Below, piece after piece: positions 20,112 through 30,854 of a stretch of 64,000 nt of DNA. The position numbers and the translations under genes are program-made. Source of the stretch: an uncultured delta proteobacterium (lineage in GTDB: Bacteria > Desulfobacterota > Binatia > UBA9968); the NCBI GenBank assembly GCA_963745835.1, contig CAVUZH010000019.1, forward strand, positions 448,001 through 512,000. The letters run 5' to 3'. A model generated the notes under the pieces. The model had not been told where the DNA came from. It was given only the letters and a program-made list of their open reading frames with translations, and ran no database searches. Position 1 is the stretch's first letter, and every line of letters begins with the position of its first letter.

Positions 20112-21110
20112 ATGGCTATTAAGACGATGCTTCCGATTATTTACCTTCTCTGCATCTGCACTGCCGCGGCCGCTCAGTCTCCCAAAGCAACCGTATTGGT
20201 CGACCTTGATCCCAACAGCTCAGCGCAGACGGTAATTGTCGAGAGCGTCGCCGCAGATCCGCAAGGGCTACTCTACGTCTGTGATCGGGTAACCGGGAAT
20301 GTACTGCGGATCGATCCGAAAAACCCAACCCCAGTCATCGTCGGTCTTGTCGAAATGCGACAGAAGGACGGAAAACCTGTAAGAGCCGACAGTTCCGGAC
20401 TCGTTTTCAACGAAGCAGGCGATCTTTATCTGACAAGCGGCGGGTTTCGAGAGATCTTGCGGATTAGGAAAACGGACTTGAATCCAGGAAAACCCGGCGT
20501 TGCCGAAACCTTCGCCACCGGCACAGAAGGAGCCAACGGTATCGCATTCGACAAGAAGGGCAATCTTTATGTCTCCGGAGGCCGTAACGGCAAGATCTAT
20601 CGCATAGGTCCCGGCGGAGGAGCGGCTGAGGACTGGGCGCAAATCGAGCTCCATACCCGCACGTTGGCTGACGGCAAGACCCAGCAGGCGATTCCGGCAA
20701 ATGGACTCGTCTTTGACGGCCAAGGAATGGTTCTCTACGTTGCCGATACCGCGCGCGGAGCGATTTGGAAGGTAGCGGTCAATCCCGACGGCAAAGCCGG
20801 CAAGCCCACCCTGATGGCGCAAAGCACGCTATTGGAGGGAGCCGACGGGCCGGCGTTCGATCCCAAGGGGAATCTCTGGGTCGCTGCCAACGAACGTAAC
20901 GCTATCGTCGAGGTCACACCGGATGGCAAAGTCAGGGACGTGCTGAAAAACGACAGCAAAGGGCCACTCGAATTTCCAACTTCGGTCATCTTCGTCGGCA
21001 ACATCGCGTATGTCAGTAATTTCGACACGGCGCGTCGTGACAACCTCGCCGCGGACGGCAAAACATCTCTCGATGGAATCGGTGCATCGATTATTCAGAT
21101 CATGCAGTAG
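20112..21110 (+). CDS. Secreted SMP-30/gluconolactonase-type beta-propeller
   Basis: Signal peptide; ANGIAFD, ANGLVFD, ADGPAFD repeats. Confidence 0.8.
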   Translation: MAIKTMLPIIYLLCICTAAAAQSPKATVLVDLDPNSSAQTVIVESVAADPQGLLYVCDRVTGNVLRIDPKNPTPVIVGLVEMRQKDGKPVRADSSGLVFNEAGDLYLTSGGFREILRIRKTDLNPGKPGVAETFATGTEGANGIAFDKKGNLYVSGGRNGKIYRIGPGGGAAEDWAQIELHTRTLADGKTQQAIPANGLVFDGQGMVLYVADTARGAIWKVAVNPDGKAGKPTLMAQSTLLEGADGPAFDPKGNLWVAANERNAIVEVTPDGKVRDVLKNDSKGPLEFPTSVIFVGNIAYVSNFDTARRDNLAADGKTSLDGIGASIIQIMQ

Positions 21111-21471
21111 GATTTAGTGCTGATCAATAGCTTCCGGCTCACAAAGCTTGCTCCGCGATCACTCGCATACCAAGCCGGAACTTGCGCAGCGGCCCGAACC
21201 ATTTCGTCTCAGGCTTCCGCATTTACCAGCGAGCGGAGCACTTGATGCGGCTAGCGAGTTTCTTCGCCGCCTTCATGAAATTTCGATTTTCCTTTAGCAC
21301 TCCGGAACACACCAGCGGCTGGCTCGGAAACCGTTTCTTGAGCTTTAATAAGATAACGTACGCCGATTGTTTCCTTAGTTTCTGTGGCCATACTGCTCTT
21401 ATTTTTCTTGTCTTGTCCCTCCACATCTGTTAGTCCGGCTTTCGTCACACACGGAGTCACCTGGAGGTGCC

Positions 21472-22503
21472 ATGAAGAAGATAATCTTCTGGTTCTTGGT
21501 GTTTCTCGTCTGGGTTCCCGACGGCAGAGCGCAAGCACCCTACTTTGAGGGCAAAACCATACGAATCGTGGTCGGCTATCCGGCCGGCAGCGCCCATGAT
21601 CAGTGGGGCAGGCTGATCGCTCCCTACCTGACCAAGTTCATTCCGGGAAATCCGAACGCCATAATACAGAATATGGCCGGAGCCGGTTCAATGGTGGCTG
21701 CGAACTATATATACGGCGTCGCCAAGCCCGACGGGTTGAGTCTTGGAATCGTCAACGCGGCACTCTATTTCGACCAGCTGTTGGCCCGCAAAGAGGTCCA
21801 GTTCGATTGGCCAAAGTTTGCCTGGATTGGCAGCTCGACGCCGACCAATGCGATGCTTTACATGTGGGCCAGTACTCCTTACAAGACAATTCACGATGTT
21901 CGCACGGCCGCCGTGCCGCCTAAGTGCGGCGCCACCGGAACCGGCAACACGGGCTACTACCTGCCCAAACTGCTTGAAGAGGCCATCGGCGCAAAATTTA
22001 ACATCGTGATGGGTTATCAGGGTGGCGCTGACATTGACTTGGCGGCGGAGAAAGGCGAGGTTCACTGCCGCGCGTTTACGACCACGGTCTTTTTTGCGCG
22101 CGAGCCGTTCCATACCTGGAGAAAAAACGGACTGGTTCGCGTCCTGGTTCAAGCCGGCAAAAAGCGCGAGGAACGTCTGCCTGACGTGCCGACGTTCAAT
22201 GAGTTGATGGATCAGTATCAGACCTCTGAGTCGAACCGCCGTCTAGCCACAGTAATGCTTGGCTCGGGCGGCTTTGGCAGCGCACCGACATTGTCATCTC
22301 CTGGTGTCCATGAGGAACAACTTAAGACTCTACGCGCCGCCTACGCTAAGGCGATAAATCATCCGGATCTTATCGGCGAAGCGAGAAAGAAAGGCCTTGA
22401 GCCGGAGCTGATCAGCGGCGAGGAGCTGCAGGTTTTAGCCAAAGAAGTGATTGTGCAACCGTCCGAAGTAATCGCCCGGATAAAGAAACTCATCGGCGAC
22501 TGA
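21472..22503 (+). CDS. Bug/TctC-type tripartite tricarboxylate transporter substrate-binding protein
   Basis: IVVGYPAG, QNMAGAGS, KPDGL, YQGG, LPDVPT. Confidence 0.85.
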   Translation: MKKIIFWFLVFLVWVPDGRAQAPYFEGKTIRIVVGYPAGSAHDQWGRLIAPYLTKFIPGNPNAIIQNMAGAGSMVAANYIYGVAKPDGLSLGIVNAALYFDQLLARKEVQFDWPKFAWIGSSTPTNAMLYMWASTPYKTIHDVRTAAVPPKCGATGTGNTGYYLPKLLEEAIGAKFNIVMGYQGGADIDLAAEKGEVHCRAFTTTVFFAREPFHTWRKNGLVRVLVQAGKKREERLPDVPTFNELMDQYQTSESNRRLATVMLGSGGFGSAPTLSSPGVHEEQLKTLRAAYAKAINHPDLIGEARKKGLEPELISGEELQVLAKEVIVQPSEVIARIKKLIGD

Positions 22504-22763
22504 AATTTCAGCGAAGAGTGGAGTGTGGCGTCTTGGAATACCTAAAGTCGGATCAGAACATGACTCCATTACTTCACCACGTTAGTGCTCAAACATTCCT
22601 TGAGCGATAGGGCCACCAGAAGCAGCTGACCTTTGCGGTGAGTCTGGACGTAGCCTGTTCAAAGGGTTTCAAATACAAGAGGCCGAGGAAAAACCAGGAT
22701 GAAAGCGAAAATTTCCGTTTTCAGCTTTCAAATTTCATACTTTGTCACAAGATGAGAGGAACT

Positions 22764-23303
22764 ATGAGCCGATTACCAGTTATTGACCGCGAAGCGCTGA
22801 CGCCGGACGATCAAGCGGTCTGGGACCGCATTGCCGCTGTTCGTACGGGAGTCCGTGGACCCTTTGGAGTATTGATGCACGTCCCAGCACTCGCCGACCG
22901 CGTCGCAGCTCTGGAAGACTACTTTCGTTTTAACGCAGCGCTGCCGGCAGTCGATCGTGAGCTCGTGATCATGGCTACGGCGCGCGAAATGAACGCGCGT
23001 TACCCGTGGGCGCGGCACGAGGCCAGAGGACGCGAGGTGGGCACAAGAACCGAGGCGATCGAAGCGGTGCGCCTTAACGGCACGTTGGAGCGATTGACAG
23101 CGCGCGAGCGTCTACTGGTTGAGATCGTTCGCGCCCTGCTGCGCACGCACGCATTGCCGGAGGCGTTGTATACGCAAGCGCTGACCGAACTCGGGCGGCA
23201 ACAACTGATCGAAACAATCGCGCTCGCAGGCCATTACAGCCTGATCGGCTTAACGGTGAATGCATTCGATGTCGCGCCCCCGGAGAACAGTTCGACATTC
23301 TAA
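22764..23303 (+). CDS. Carboxymuconolactone decarboxylase/AhpD-like protein
   Basis: RGPF..LMH.P, RELVIM..AR, YPWARH, LAGHYS; RBS gagg. Confidence 0.75.
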   Translation: MSRLPVIDREALTPDDQAVWDRIAAVRTGVRGPFGVLMHVPALADRVAALEDYFRFNAALPAVDRELVIMATAREMNARYPWARHEARGREVGTRTEAIEAVRLNGTLERLTARERLLVEIVRALLRTHALPEALYTQALTELGRQQLIETIALAGHYSLIGLTVNAFDVAPPENSSTF

Positions 23304-23355
23304 AGCACCGGACTCTTGCGCCGCCGGCAAATCAGAGCAACAACGGGAAGCAAAT

Positions 23356-25585
23356 ATGAGCTTCAAAATCATTGGTCAATCGACACCGCGCACAGATAAC
23401 ACCGGCAAAGTAACCGGCGAAGCGCGCTACACTTCGGATGTGCTGTTACCCGGCACGCTCTGGGCCAAGACCTTGCGCAGTCCGTTCTCTCACGCGCGCA
23501 TCAAGGGCATTGACATTTCACGCGCCCTAAAAGCGCCAGGCGTGCGCGCGGTGCTTACCGGAAGCGATGTGCACGGGATTCTGTATGGGCGGCGGTACCG
23601 CGATATTTCCGTTCTCGCCCAAGACCGCGTTCGATTCATGGGTGAGCGCGTCGCGGCGGTGGCCGCGGAAACGCTGGAGCAAGCCGAAAATAGCCTTGGA
23701 GTTTATTCAGATCGATTACGAAGAACTGCCTACGGTATTCGATCCGGAGTCGGCGCTTCAAGAAGGGGCGCCGCTCATCCATCCCGATGTTGCCAGTTAT
23801 AAGGGACTTCCAAAACCGTTAGATCACCCAACCAATCGCTTCGTTCACAACGTGTTCACGCGCGGCGATGTCGAAGCCGGATTCGCGCAAGCTGATTTGA
23901 TCGTCGACAATACTTTCACCGTTCCCCGCGTGCATCAGTCTTTTCTCGAGCCGCACTGTTGTCTGGTTTGGATTGACGACAAGGATCGGGTGCAGATGTG
24001 GTCGCCCAACAAGGTGCCGCACGGCTTGAAAGAAAGCATGTCGCAGGCGTTCGGCATTCCCAGGGAAAAAATCCGCGTGAACCCTGTGGCGATCGGCGGC
24101 GACTTCGGCGGCAAGGGGGCGCCCATTGACGAGCCGATCTGTTATTTGCTCGCGCTGCGCAGCGGGCGACCAGTCAAAATGGTGATGGAATACCGCGAAG
24201 AGTTTTTTGCCGGCGCGCCGAGGCATGCGGCGATCATGAAATTGAAGACCGGCGTCACGCGCGATGGTACAATCGTCGCTCATCAAATGGATGCCTATCT
24301 CGACGCCGGAGCGTACGGCGGATTCAGACCGGGCGCGATCGTCGGCGGCATCGCTCATGCAGGTGGCTGCTACCGCGCCGAGCACGCGCGTATCGCGGTC
24401 TCACGCGTTTACACCAACAACCTTCCCGGCGGACAGATGCGCGCGCCCGGAGAGCCGCAAGGTTTCTTCGCCGCCGAATCTCACATGGACTGCGTCGCTC
24501 GCAAAGTCGGCATGGACCCGTACGAGTTCCGCATGAAAAATCTTATGGAAGAGGGCGACATCACCTTGACCGGCGGTCACTACCAAGCGATCAAAGCCAA
24601 GGAAACGCTTAAGGCGGCGGCGAACGCGGCGGGATATTCGACAGGTAAAGGAAAATACATCGGGCGCGGCGTCGCAATGGGCTATCGCGGGCCGGGCGGC
24701 GGTACTACATCACTGAAGGTCGAACTCGGCGCCGATGGTTCGATCACGATTCATACATCTTTTTTCGAACAAGGCACCGGGACGTATACGACACTCAGGC
24801 AGACGGTTGCTGAAGAGCTTGGCTGTGATCCCGACGCGGTTCAGATAAAAACGCTCGATACCGATGCCGGCGTCTCTTCCGATACCGGACTCGGCGGCAG
24901 CCGCGGCACACGCGTTGCCAGCGGCGCCGCATTCCAAGCCGCGCGTGCCGCTAAAGAACAATTGCTAGGACTTGCCGAGACGATGCTCGGTTGGACCAAG
25001 AGTGACACAGTGCTCAGCGGTAAAAAGATCGTCAACAGAAAGACCAAGAAGCAACAATCTTGGGGCGAGCTGTTGGCGCAAGCCGGCCGCTCGATCACGG
25101 GAGAATCGGTTAATAAAGACGACGATCATTCTCCCGTGACCGCGTTCGCCGCTCAGGTGGCGGAAGTTGCGGTTGATCCTGAGACCGGCGAAGTCACCTT
25201 GCGACGACTGACAACGGCGCACGACACCGGCGTGATCATCAATCCTGTGGGTCATCAGGGACAGATCGACGGCGGCGTCGTTCAGGGGATTGGTTATGGG
25301 TTGATCGAATATCTTCCGGTGCAGGACGGACGTGTCGAGGTGGTCAACTTCGGCGAGTATAAAATTCCCACCGTTAAAGACATCCCGGCGCTGAAGACCG
25401 TGATCGTTGCCAGCGGCGAAGGCGTCGGCCCATACAAAGTCAAAGGCATCGGCGAAAATCCGATCAGCCCGGCTGCTCCTGCGATCGCCAATGCAATCGA
25501 AGACGCGGTGGGTGTGAGGATCAAGGATCTACCGATCACCGCGGAGAAAGTTTACGCGGCGCTGCGGCTCCAAGTTAAGGGTTAG
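23356..25585 (+). CDS. Xanthine dehydrogenase-family molybdopterin subunit, frameshifted near 23690
   Basis: KVTGEARY, LRSPFSHA, IGGDFGGK, MRAPG, EQGTG, GQIDGG..QG, KGIGE. Confidence 0.88.
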
Positions 25586-25672
25586 CATAGTTGTCACCTG
25601 CGACCCAGTTCGGCCAGCTGAGGCGTATAGAAGCCCGGCGGCATCCATGGCACTTAGGTGTTCGACATCAGC

Positions 25673-25777
25673 CAACAACTGATCGAGACAGTCGCGCTCG
25701 CGGGCCACTGTAGCTTGATTGGATTGGCCGTGAACCCTTTCAATGTCGCGCCGCCGGAAACAGTTCGACATTTCTGA
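25673..25777 (+). pseudogene. Degenerate copy of the 3' end of the CMD gene (23199-23303)
   Basis: Translates QQLIETVALAGHCSLIGLAVNPFNVAPPE versus QQLIETIALAGHYSLIGLTVNAFDVAPPE. Confidence 0.8.
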
Positions 25778-26002
25778 TTAGCGCGGTAGGTTTAAGAAGT
25801 GCGAGACACTTGCGTTGTCACGCTTCAACTGCCAGGCATGGACGGCTTGGTCATCTAGTTGGTTGACACAATTTCCGATAGTCGAGTACTCTTCCAAAAA
25901 TGTCTTCTAGCTGTTCAATCGATCTCGGTCAGCTTCTTAGGTCGGCCGCGGCGACTAGCTTACGCGAGAAATCTCGGGTTCTTTCTAGCTGGCAATTGAG
26001 CT

Positions 26003-27022
26003 ATGAAAACTGACGATCTTCGCATCGTCAAAACCCGGCCACTGCTCGCGCCAGCCATACTCGCCGAGGAGATCCCTCTTACCGACACCGCGGCAGCACG
26101 AGTACACGAAACGCGCCGAGCCATCGAGGCGATTCTCGACGGCAAGGATGCGCGGCTCCTGGTTGTCGTCGGTCCTTGCTCCGTGCACGATACCAAGGCC
26201 GCGCTCGAGTATGCAACCAAACTCAAACCGGTTGCCGATGCATTATCCCCTGCGCTTCTCCTTGTCATGCGGGTCTACTTCGAAAAGCCGCGAACGGTTG
26301 TTGGCTGGAAGGGACTCATCAATGACCCGGACCTGAACGAATCGTATCATATCAACAAGGGCTTGCGCCTAGCCCGGCAATTGCTCGCCGATATTTTGAA
26401 TGTAGGAATCCCTGCTGGGACCGAGTTTCTCGATACCACCTTTGGCCAGTTCTATGCCGATCTCATCAGCTGGGGTGCGATCGGAGCGCGCACGGCGGAG
26501 AGCCAGATACATCGAGAGCTGGCATCGGGTTTGTCGATGCCTGTGGGAATCAAGAATCGCACAGACGGTAACGTCCAGATTGCCGTGGACGCAATACAAA
26601 CTGCGCGCAGCCGGCATTTGTTTCCGTCACTTACCAAAGAAGGCGCGCCCGCGATCTTGGAAACTACCGGCAATCCCTACGCCCATCTCGTGCTCCGTGG
26701 GGGCAGTGAGACCGGACCCAACTTCAATGCCGCTTCCATCGAGAGCGCTGTCCGAATGCTTCGCGCCGCGGGTCTTCCCGAGGTCGTTATGATCGATTGC
26801 AGCCACGGTAACAGCGAAAAGGATGCGGCGCGGCAGATCGATGTGGCGAACGCTATCATGGAGAACCTGAGGGGTTCACCCATTCGAGCGCTGATGATTG
26901 AGAGCCATCTCGTCGCCGGTCGTCAAAATGCGCCCGTAACCTACGGTCAGAGTATCACCGATGCATGTCTAGGATTCGAGGAAACGAAAGAGTTATTATA
27001 CCGTCTTGCAGACGCCGTTTAG
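26003..27022 (+). CDS. aroG: DAHP synthase, class I alpha (AroF/G/H type)
   Basis: GPCSVHD, RVYFEKPRT..GWKG, AIGART.ESQ, DCSHGNS, SITDAC. Confidence 0.92.
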   Translation: MKTDDLRIVKTRPLLAPAILAEEIPLTDTAAARVHETRRAIEAILDGKDARLLVVVGPCSVHDTKAALEYATKLKPVADALSPALLLVMRVYFEKPRTVVGWKGLINDPDLNESYHINKGLRLARQLLADILNVGIPAGTEFLDTTFGQFYADLISWGAIGARTAESQIHRELASGLSMPVGIKNRTDGNVQIAVDAIQTARSRHLFPSLTKEGAPAILETTGNPYAHLVLRGGSETGPNFNAASIESAVRMLRAAGLPEVVMIDCSHGNSEKDAARQIDVANAIMENLRGSPIRALMIESHLVAGRQNAPVTYGQSITDACLGFEETKELLYRLADAV

Positions 27023-27096
27023 CGACCACTATCATGGAGCTCACCCTCCCCTAAGCGGACTTTTCGAACCTCTACTTTCCGGCTCTTTGTCGATCG

Positions 27097-27741
27097 TTGA
27101 AGACCAACTCACTGTTGATACTCGCCTGCATCGCAGCCAGCATTTGGGGATGGCGGCAGGAGCCGGCGTTTGCCGAACAAAATCTTATCTTCAGTTTGCG
27201 CAATTTCGAAAACGGCCGAGTCTGGACGCTGGTGGTGGCCTTGTTTGTTCACGCCAACGTCTTTCATCTGGTCGGCAACATGCTTTTCCTATTTGTCTTT
27301 GGAAATACCCTGGAAAAGAGCGTCGGCTCAGACAAACTCCTGGCGATATTTTTCACCGGCGGCTTTCTAAGTTTTATCGTATCCCTGGCCTTTTTGCCCC
27401 GGGGCACCGGAATGCTGGGGGCCTCGGCCGCAATTTTCGCGTTGGCTGGAAGCGTCATGCTCATAAGACCGCTGAAATTCTCCTGGCTCTTTCTCGCGCC
27501 GCAGGGACTGATCGCGATTATCTACTTCATCTACAACGTCGTCCTGGTCTATCAAAAGAGTCGGATCCCCGGATACGACCCGCAAGTCGCTTACGTCGCG
27601 CACATCATCGGTTTCATCACCGGAATCCCATTTGGAATCGCTCTGAGCAATCGTTGGAAACAAAATTTCCTGATCACACTGCTGTTGTTAGGATTCTACC
27701 TAATCCTTGTGAGCGGCGTCGCGAGATCGTTGTTTCGCTAG
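27097..27741 (+). CDS. Rhomboid intramembrane serine protease
   Basis: HLVGNM, GASAAI, AHIIG. Confidence 0.85.
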   Translation: MKTNSLLILACIAASIWGWRQEPAFAEQNLIFSLRNFENGRVWTLVVALFVHANVFHLVGNMLFLFVFGNTLEKSVGSDKLLAIFFTGGFLSFIVSLAFLPRGTGMLGASAAIFALAGSVMLIRPLKFSWLFLAPQGLIAIIYFIYNVVLVYQKSRIPGYDPQVAYVAHIIGFITGIPFGIALSNRWKQNFLITLLLLGFYLILVSGVARSLFR

Positions 27742-27988
27742 ACGGACTCGGGTTGCAGACGGATAGACATAAGCACCGCCCCTCGACCTGAAATCTCTTC
27801 TCGCCCTAAAAAATTGGCTTTGCTAATGTAGGGGGTAATGATTTTGCTGGTAGTTATGCCCGCTCCAAACTTGCCACTATCACGCTGATCGAATATACCG
27901 ATAGTCGGTAGGGAAATTATCCCGGCGTGATCTGCTGTCAGCGTTCCCTTACCGGGAAACGTTCGCAGCAATTGAGAGGAGATAATCA

Positions 27989-28756
27989 TTGAACTCCAAA
28001 GCAAAATATTTTGATTGCCATTTCCATATCATCGATAAAAACTTTCCCGTCGTGCCCAATCAAGGATTCATGCCCGACGCATTTACCAGCGAAGATTATC
28101 TAGAGCGCTCGAAAGCGGTCGATCTTTGCGGCGGCGCGATCGTCTCGGGCTCGTTCCAGGCCTTCGATCAGAGCTATCTATTCCATGCTTTAAAAGTGCT
28201 GGGCCCATTTTTTGTCGGAGTCACCCAAGTGCCGCAGACCGTGTCCGATCAGGAATTACAGGAACTCAATGGCGCGGGTGTTCGCGCCGTTCGTTTCAAT
28301 GTCAAACGCGGCGGTTCGGAAGAAATTCATCATCTGGAAACCATGGCGCGGCGCGTCCATGAGCTGGTCGGCTGGCACACCGAGTTGTATGTCGATTCTA
28401 CCGAGCTTGCCGATCTTTTTGAGACTCTGGTTTCGTTGCCGGCAGTCAGCATCGACCATCTCGGTCTATCGAAAGCAGGTTTTCCGACGCTGCTAAAGCT
28501 TGCTGAAAAAGGTGTGCGGGTAAAGGCCACCGGTTTCGGACGGGTAGACTTCGACGTGCGTTCCGCGCTTAGCGATCTTTATGCGGCCAATCCACGGGTC
28601 CTCATGTTCGGCACCGACCTGCCGTCCACCCGCGCGCCCAGACCGTATCAGGATGAAGACTACACTCTGGTTCTGGAAACATTAGGCGAACAACAGGCGG
28701 CAGATGTTTTTTACAAGAACGCAATTGAGTTTTATCGACCGAAAAAGGCCCGATAG
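27989..28756 (+). CDS. Amidohydrolase_2 family (2-pyrone-4,6-dicarboxylate hydrolase-like)
   Basis: DCHFH, RAVRFN, IDHLG, FGTDLPS. Confidence 0.8.
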   Translation: MNSKAKYFDCHFHIIDKNFPVVPNQGFMPDAFTSEDYLERSKAVDLCGGAIVSGSFQAFDQSYLFHALKVLGPFFVGVTQVPQTVSDQELQELNGAGVRAVRFNVKRGGSEEIHHLETMARRVHELVGWHTELYVDSTELADLFETLVSLPAVSIDHLGLSKAGFPTLLKLAEKGVRVKATGFGRVDFDVRSALSDLYAANPRVLMFGTDLPSTRAPRPYQDEDYTLVLETLGEQQAADVFYKNAIEFYRPKKAR

Positions 28757-28936
28757 GAAGGCAGGTCTCGCAACCGCCGTAGGTTTGGCGCTTTTTCGGA
28801 TGATCGGATTTGAGCTGAGCGGAAAAGGCTCTCCGACCGAACGGCAAGAACACTGTCGAGTCACCCTGAACAGCCCATATGCTCGCGAACTGCCCAACGA
28901 AGGATCACGCATACCGTTAGTACTTGGAGTAGTAAC

Positions 28937-29752
28937 ATGGCGCAACACATTGATGGACCTCTTTATTACGAGCGGATGGGACGCTCAGGGCCGGTGATTG
29001 CTTTTATTCATCCCAATCCAATGGACCAATCTTGCTGGATTTTCCAAATGGCGCATCTCTCGACATGGTACCGGTGTATTGCCATCGACATCCCGGGCTA
29101 CGGGCGCTCGCCTAAAGCCCAGCCCGGCCTGACGATGAACGACATGGCCCAGGCCTGTTGGGAAGCCGTCGACGATGCGCTACCCGGTGAAAAAGCGGTT
29201 CTGGTTGGCTGCTCGGTCGGCTCGTCGCTCGCGCCCCACATGTACCATCTTCGTCCGGACAAAACGGCGGCACTCGTGTTGTCGGGCACCGGTTACAATC
29301 CGAGCAAGGAATTCACCAAGGGAAGGATCGCCAACTACACGGCCAATGGAATTGATTATCGCTGGGCCTACACGTTCGAAGATCTAAGCGCGGCCTTTCG
29401 TACTACCCCGCTGGCGCATTTCTTCGCGAATCTTTTCACCGAACGCAATCAACACGCCGATGTGCAGACGATCATCTACCAATTCCAAGCACTGGCGCAG
29501 CCCTACCCCGAGGAGCATCATGAGCGTATCGCCTGCCCAACGATCATTCTGACCGGCAGCGAAGACAACAGCCATCAACGCGCTTTCGCACTTCAAGCGC
29601 GCATACCGAACTGTGAGTTGAGAACATTGCCGGGCGCCGGCCACGCTTGCCAGATAGAGCAACCTTGGCTGTTCGATCGCTTTATGATTGAGTTTCTTGC
29701 CAAGCACGGGCTGTTCCCCGGAGGATCCATGCCGGCTAAAACGATCATCTGA
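28937..29752 (+). CDS. Alpha/beta hydrolase
   Basis: DIPGYGRS, GCSVG nucleophile elbow, GSED, AGH. Confidence 0.82.
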   Translation: MAQHIDGPLYYERMGRSGPVIAFIHPNPMDQSCWIFQMAHLSTWYRCIAIDIPGYGRSPKAQPGLTMNDMAQACWEAVDDALPGEKAVLVGCSVGSSLAPHMYHLRPDKTAALVLSGTGYNPSKEFTKGRIANYTANGIDYRWAYTFEDLSAAFRTTPLAHFFANLFTERNQHADVQTIIYQFQALAQPYPEEHHERIACPTIILTGSEDNSHQRAFALQARIPNCELRTLPGAGHACQIEQPWLFDRFMIEFLAKHGLFPGGSMPAKTII

Positions 29753-29763
29753 GCGGCGCAGTA

Positions 29764-30654
29764 TCATTCCAACGTGATCGTCTGCAAAAAGTCCGGGATG
29801 ATCACCTTGATGTTGCGATCCACGGACTTGACGTCCTGCTCCAAACGTTGCGCTCTTCTTCTAACAGCTACGGTCATGCCGCTCGACAATGGAACCCGCC
29901 AGTCGTCGTAGTGATGAACGACGACCGTTTTCGGACGGAGAATCTTGAGAGCCTCGGTCCAATCATAGTTGCTGTTCTCGGCGAGAATGGCGATGTCGGG
30001 CTCTAAGCCTTGGAGATTCTCTTCGATGAAGTTGCCGGTGCTTTGGTGCAGCAGCCGGAGTTTACCGAAGGTGAAGTAGTAAAGATAACTTCCACCCTCG
30101 ACGAAATGTTTTCCGAGAATGGGACCGGACAGCGGGCGGGTGATTTCCGCGGACTTGGGTTGCCGTTTTTGACCATCCCGGGTGAGTATGCCGTGCTGGC
30201 TTTTAATCACTTGCACCAAGAAGTCTTTGAAATCCAATTTCTCGCCGCCGCTAATGGTCGTCAATTGCGCTTTATCGACACCGGCGCTCAACGAGAGATT
30301 CACAGTGGTTCTGGAGCCGAGAATCTTGGCCCCGAAGCGCTTAGCGATGAACGGGATGTCACCGATATGATCAGCGTGACTGTGGCCGGCGAAGATGTAG
30401 TCGGCGCCGCTGATAACTTTAAGTACCGCCTCTTCATCGGTCTTCCATTCTTCCGAGGCGACCGCCTGCTGGCGCGTGAGGAAGGGATCGATCAGGATTT
30501 TGGTCTGACCAATCTGAATTTCCCAACCGGCAGTACCGAGCCACTTCAGGGTCACATGCTGTGTTGGGGAAGCGGAGCCGGTTTGGGATTGTGCAGCTTG
30601 GGATCCAAACGCAATCGAAGCCATGATGAGAATGACGATTAAAGCGGCTCGCAT
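29764..30654 (-). CDS. Secreted MBL-fold metallo-hydrolase
   Basis: WLGTAG, LIDPF, GHSHADH; signal peptide. Confidence 0.82.
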   Translation of the reverse strand: MRAALIVILIMASIAFGSQAAQSQTGSASPTQHVTLKWLGTAGWEIQIGQTKILIDPFLTRQQAVASEEWKTDEEAVLKVISGADYIFAGHSHADHIGDIPFIAKRFGAKILGSRTTVNLSLSAGVDKAQLTTISGGEKLDFKDFLVQVIKSQHGILTRDGQKRQPKSAEITRPLSGPILGKHFVEGGSYLYYFTFGKLRLLHQSTGNFIEENLQGLEPDIAILAENSNYDWTEALKILRPKTVVVHHYDDWRVPLSSGMTVAVRRRAQRLEQDVKSVDRNIKVIIPDFLQTITLE

Positions 30655-30854
30655 AATGATCCTCCTGGTCCGATATTCACGGTGAAAAGCTGCCGCTAAT
30701 CACTCGTGATTGCACAGCTTCTCCTAAGTACACTAGAGGCCCGACGAGAAACTTCTGCACGAAGCACACGTTTCTAACGGGTCTGGATATTACTACTGAT
30801 ATCGAGAACAATGATAGATACGACCGCTAAACGTCCGAACAAGGAAGTCAGACA

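Noticed and set aside
22515-22745. ggagtg/actcca and tttca-rich intergenic motifs
   Set aside because: They resemble degenerate repeat remnants but are too weak to define from this window alone.
27006-27791. 261 aa alternative-frame ORF over the rhomboid, and similar long shadow ORFs elsewhere
   Set aside because: Expected by-product of high-GC codon bias; no motifs.
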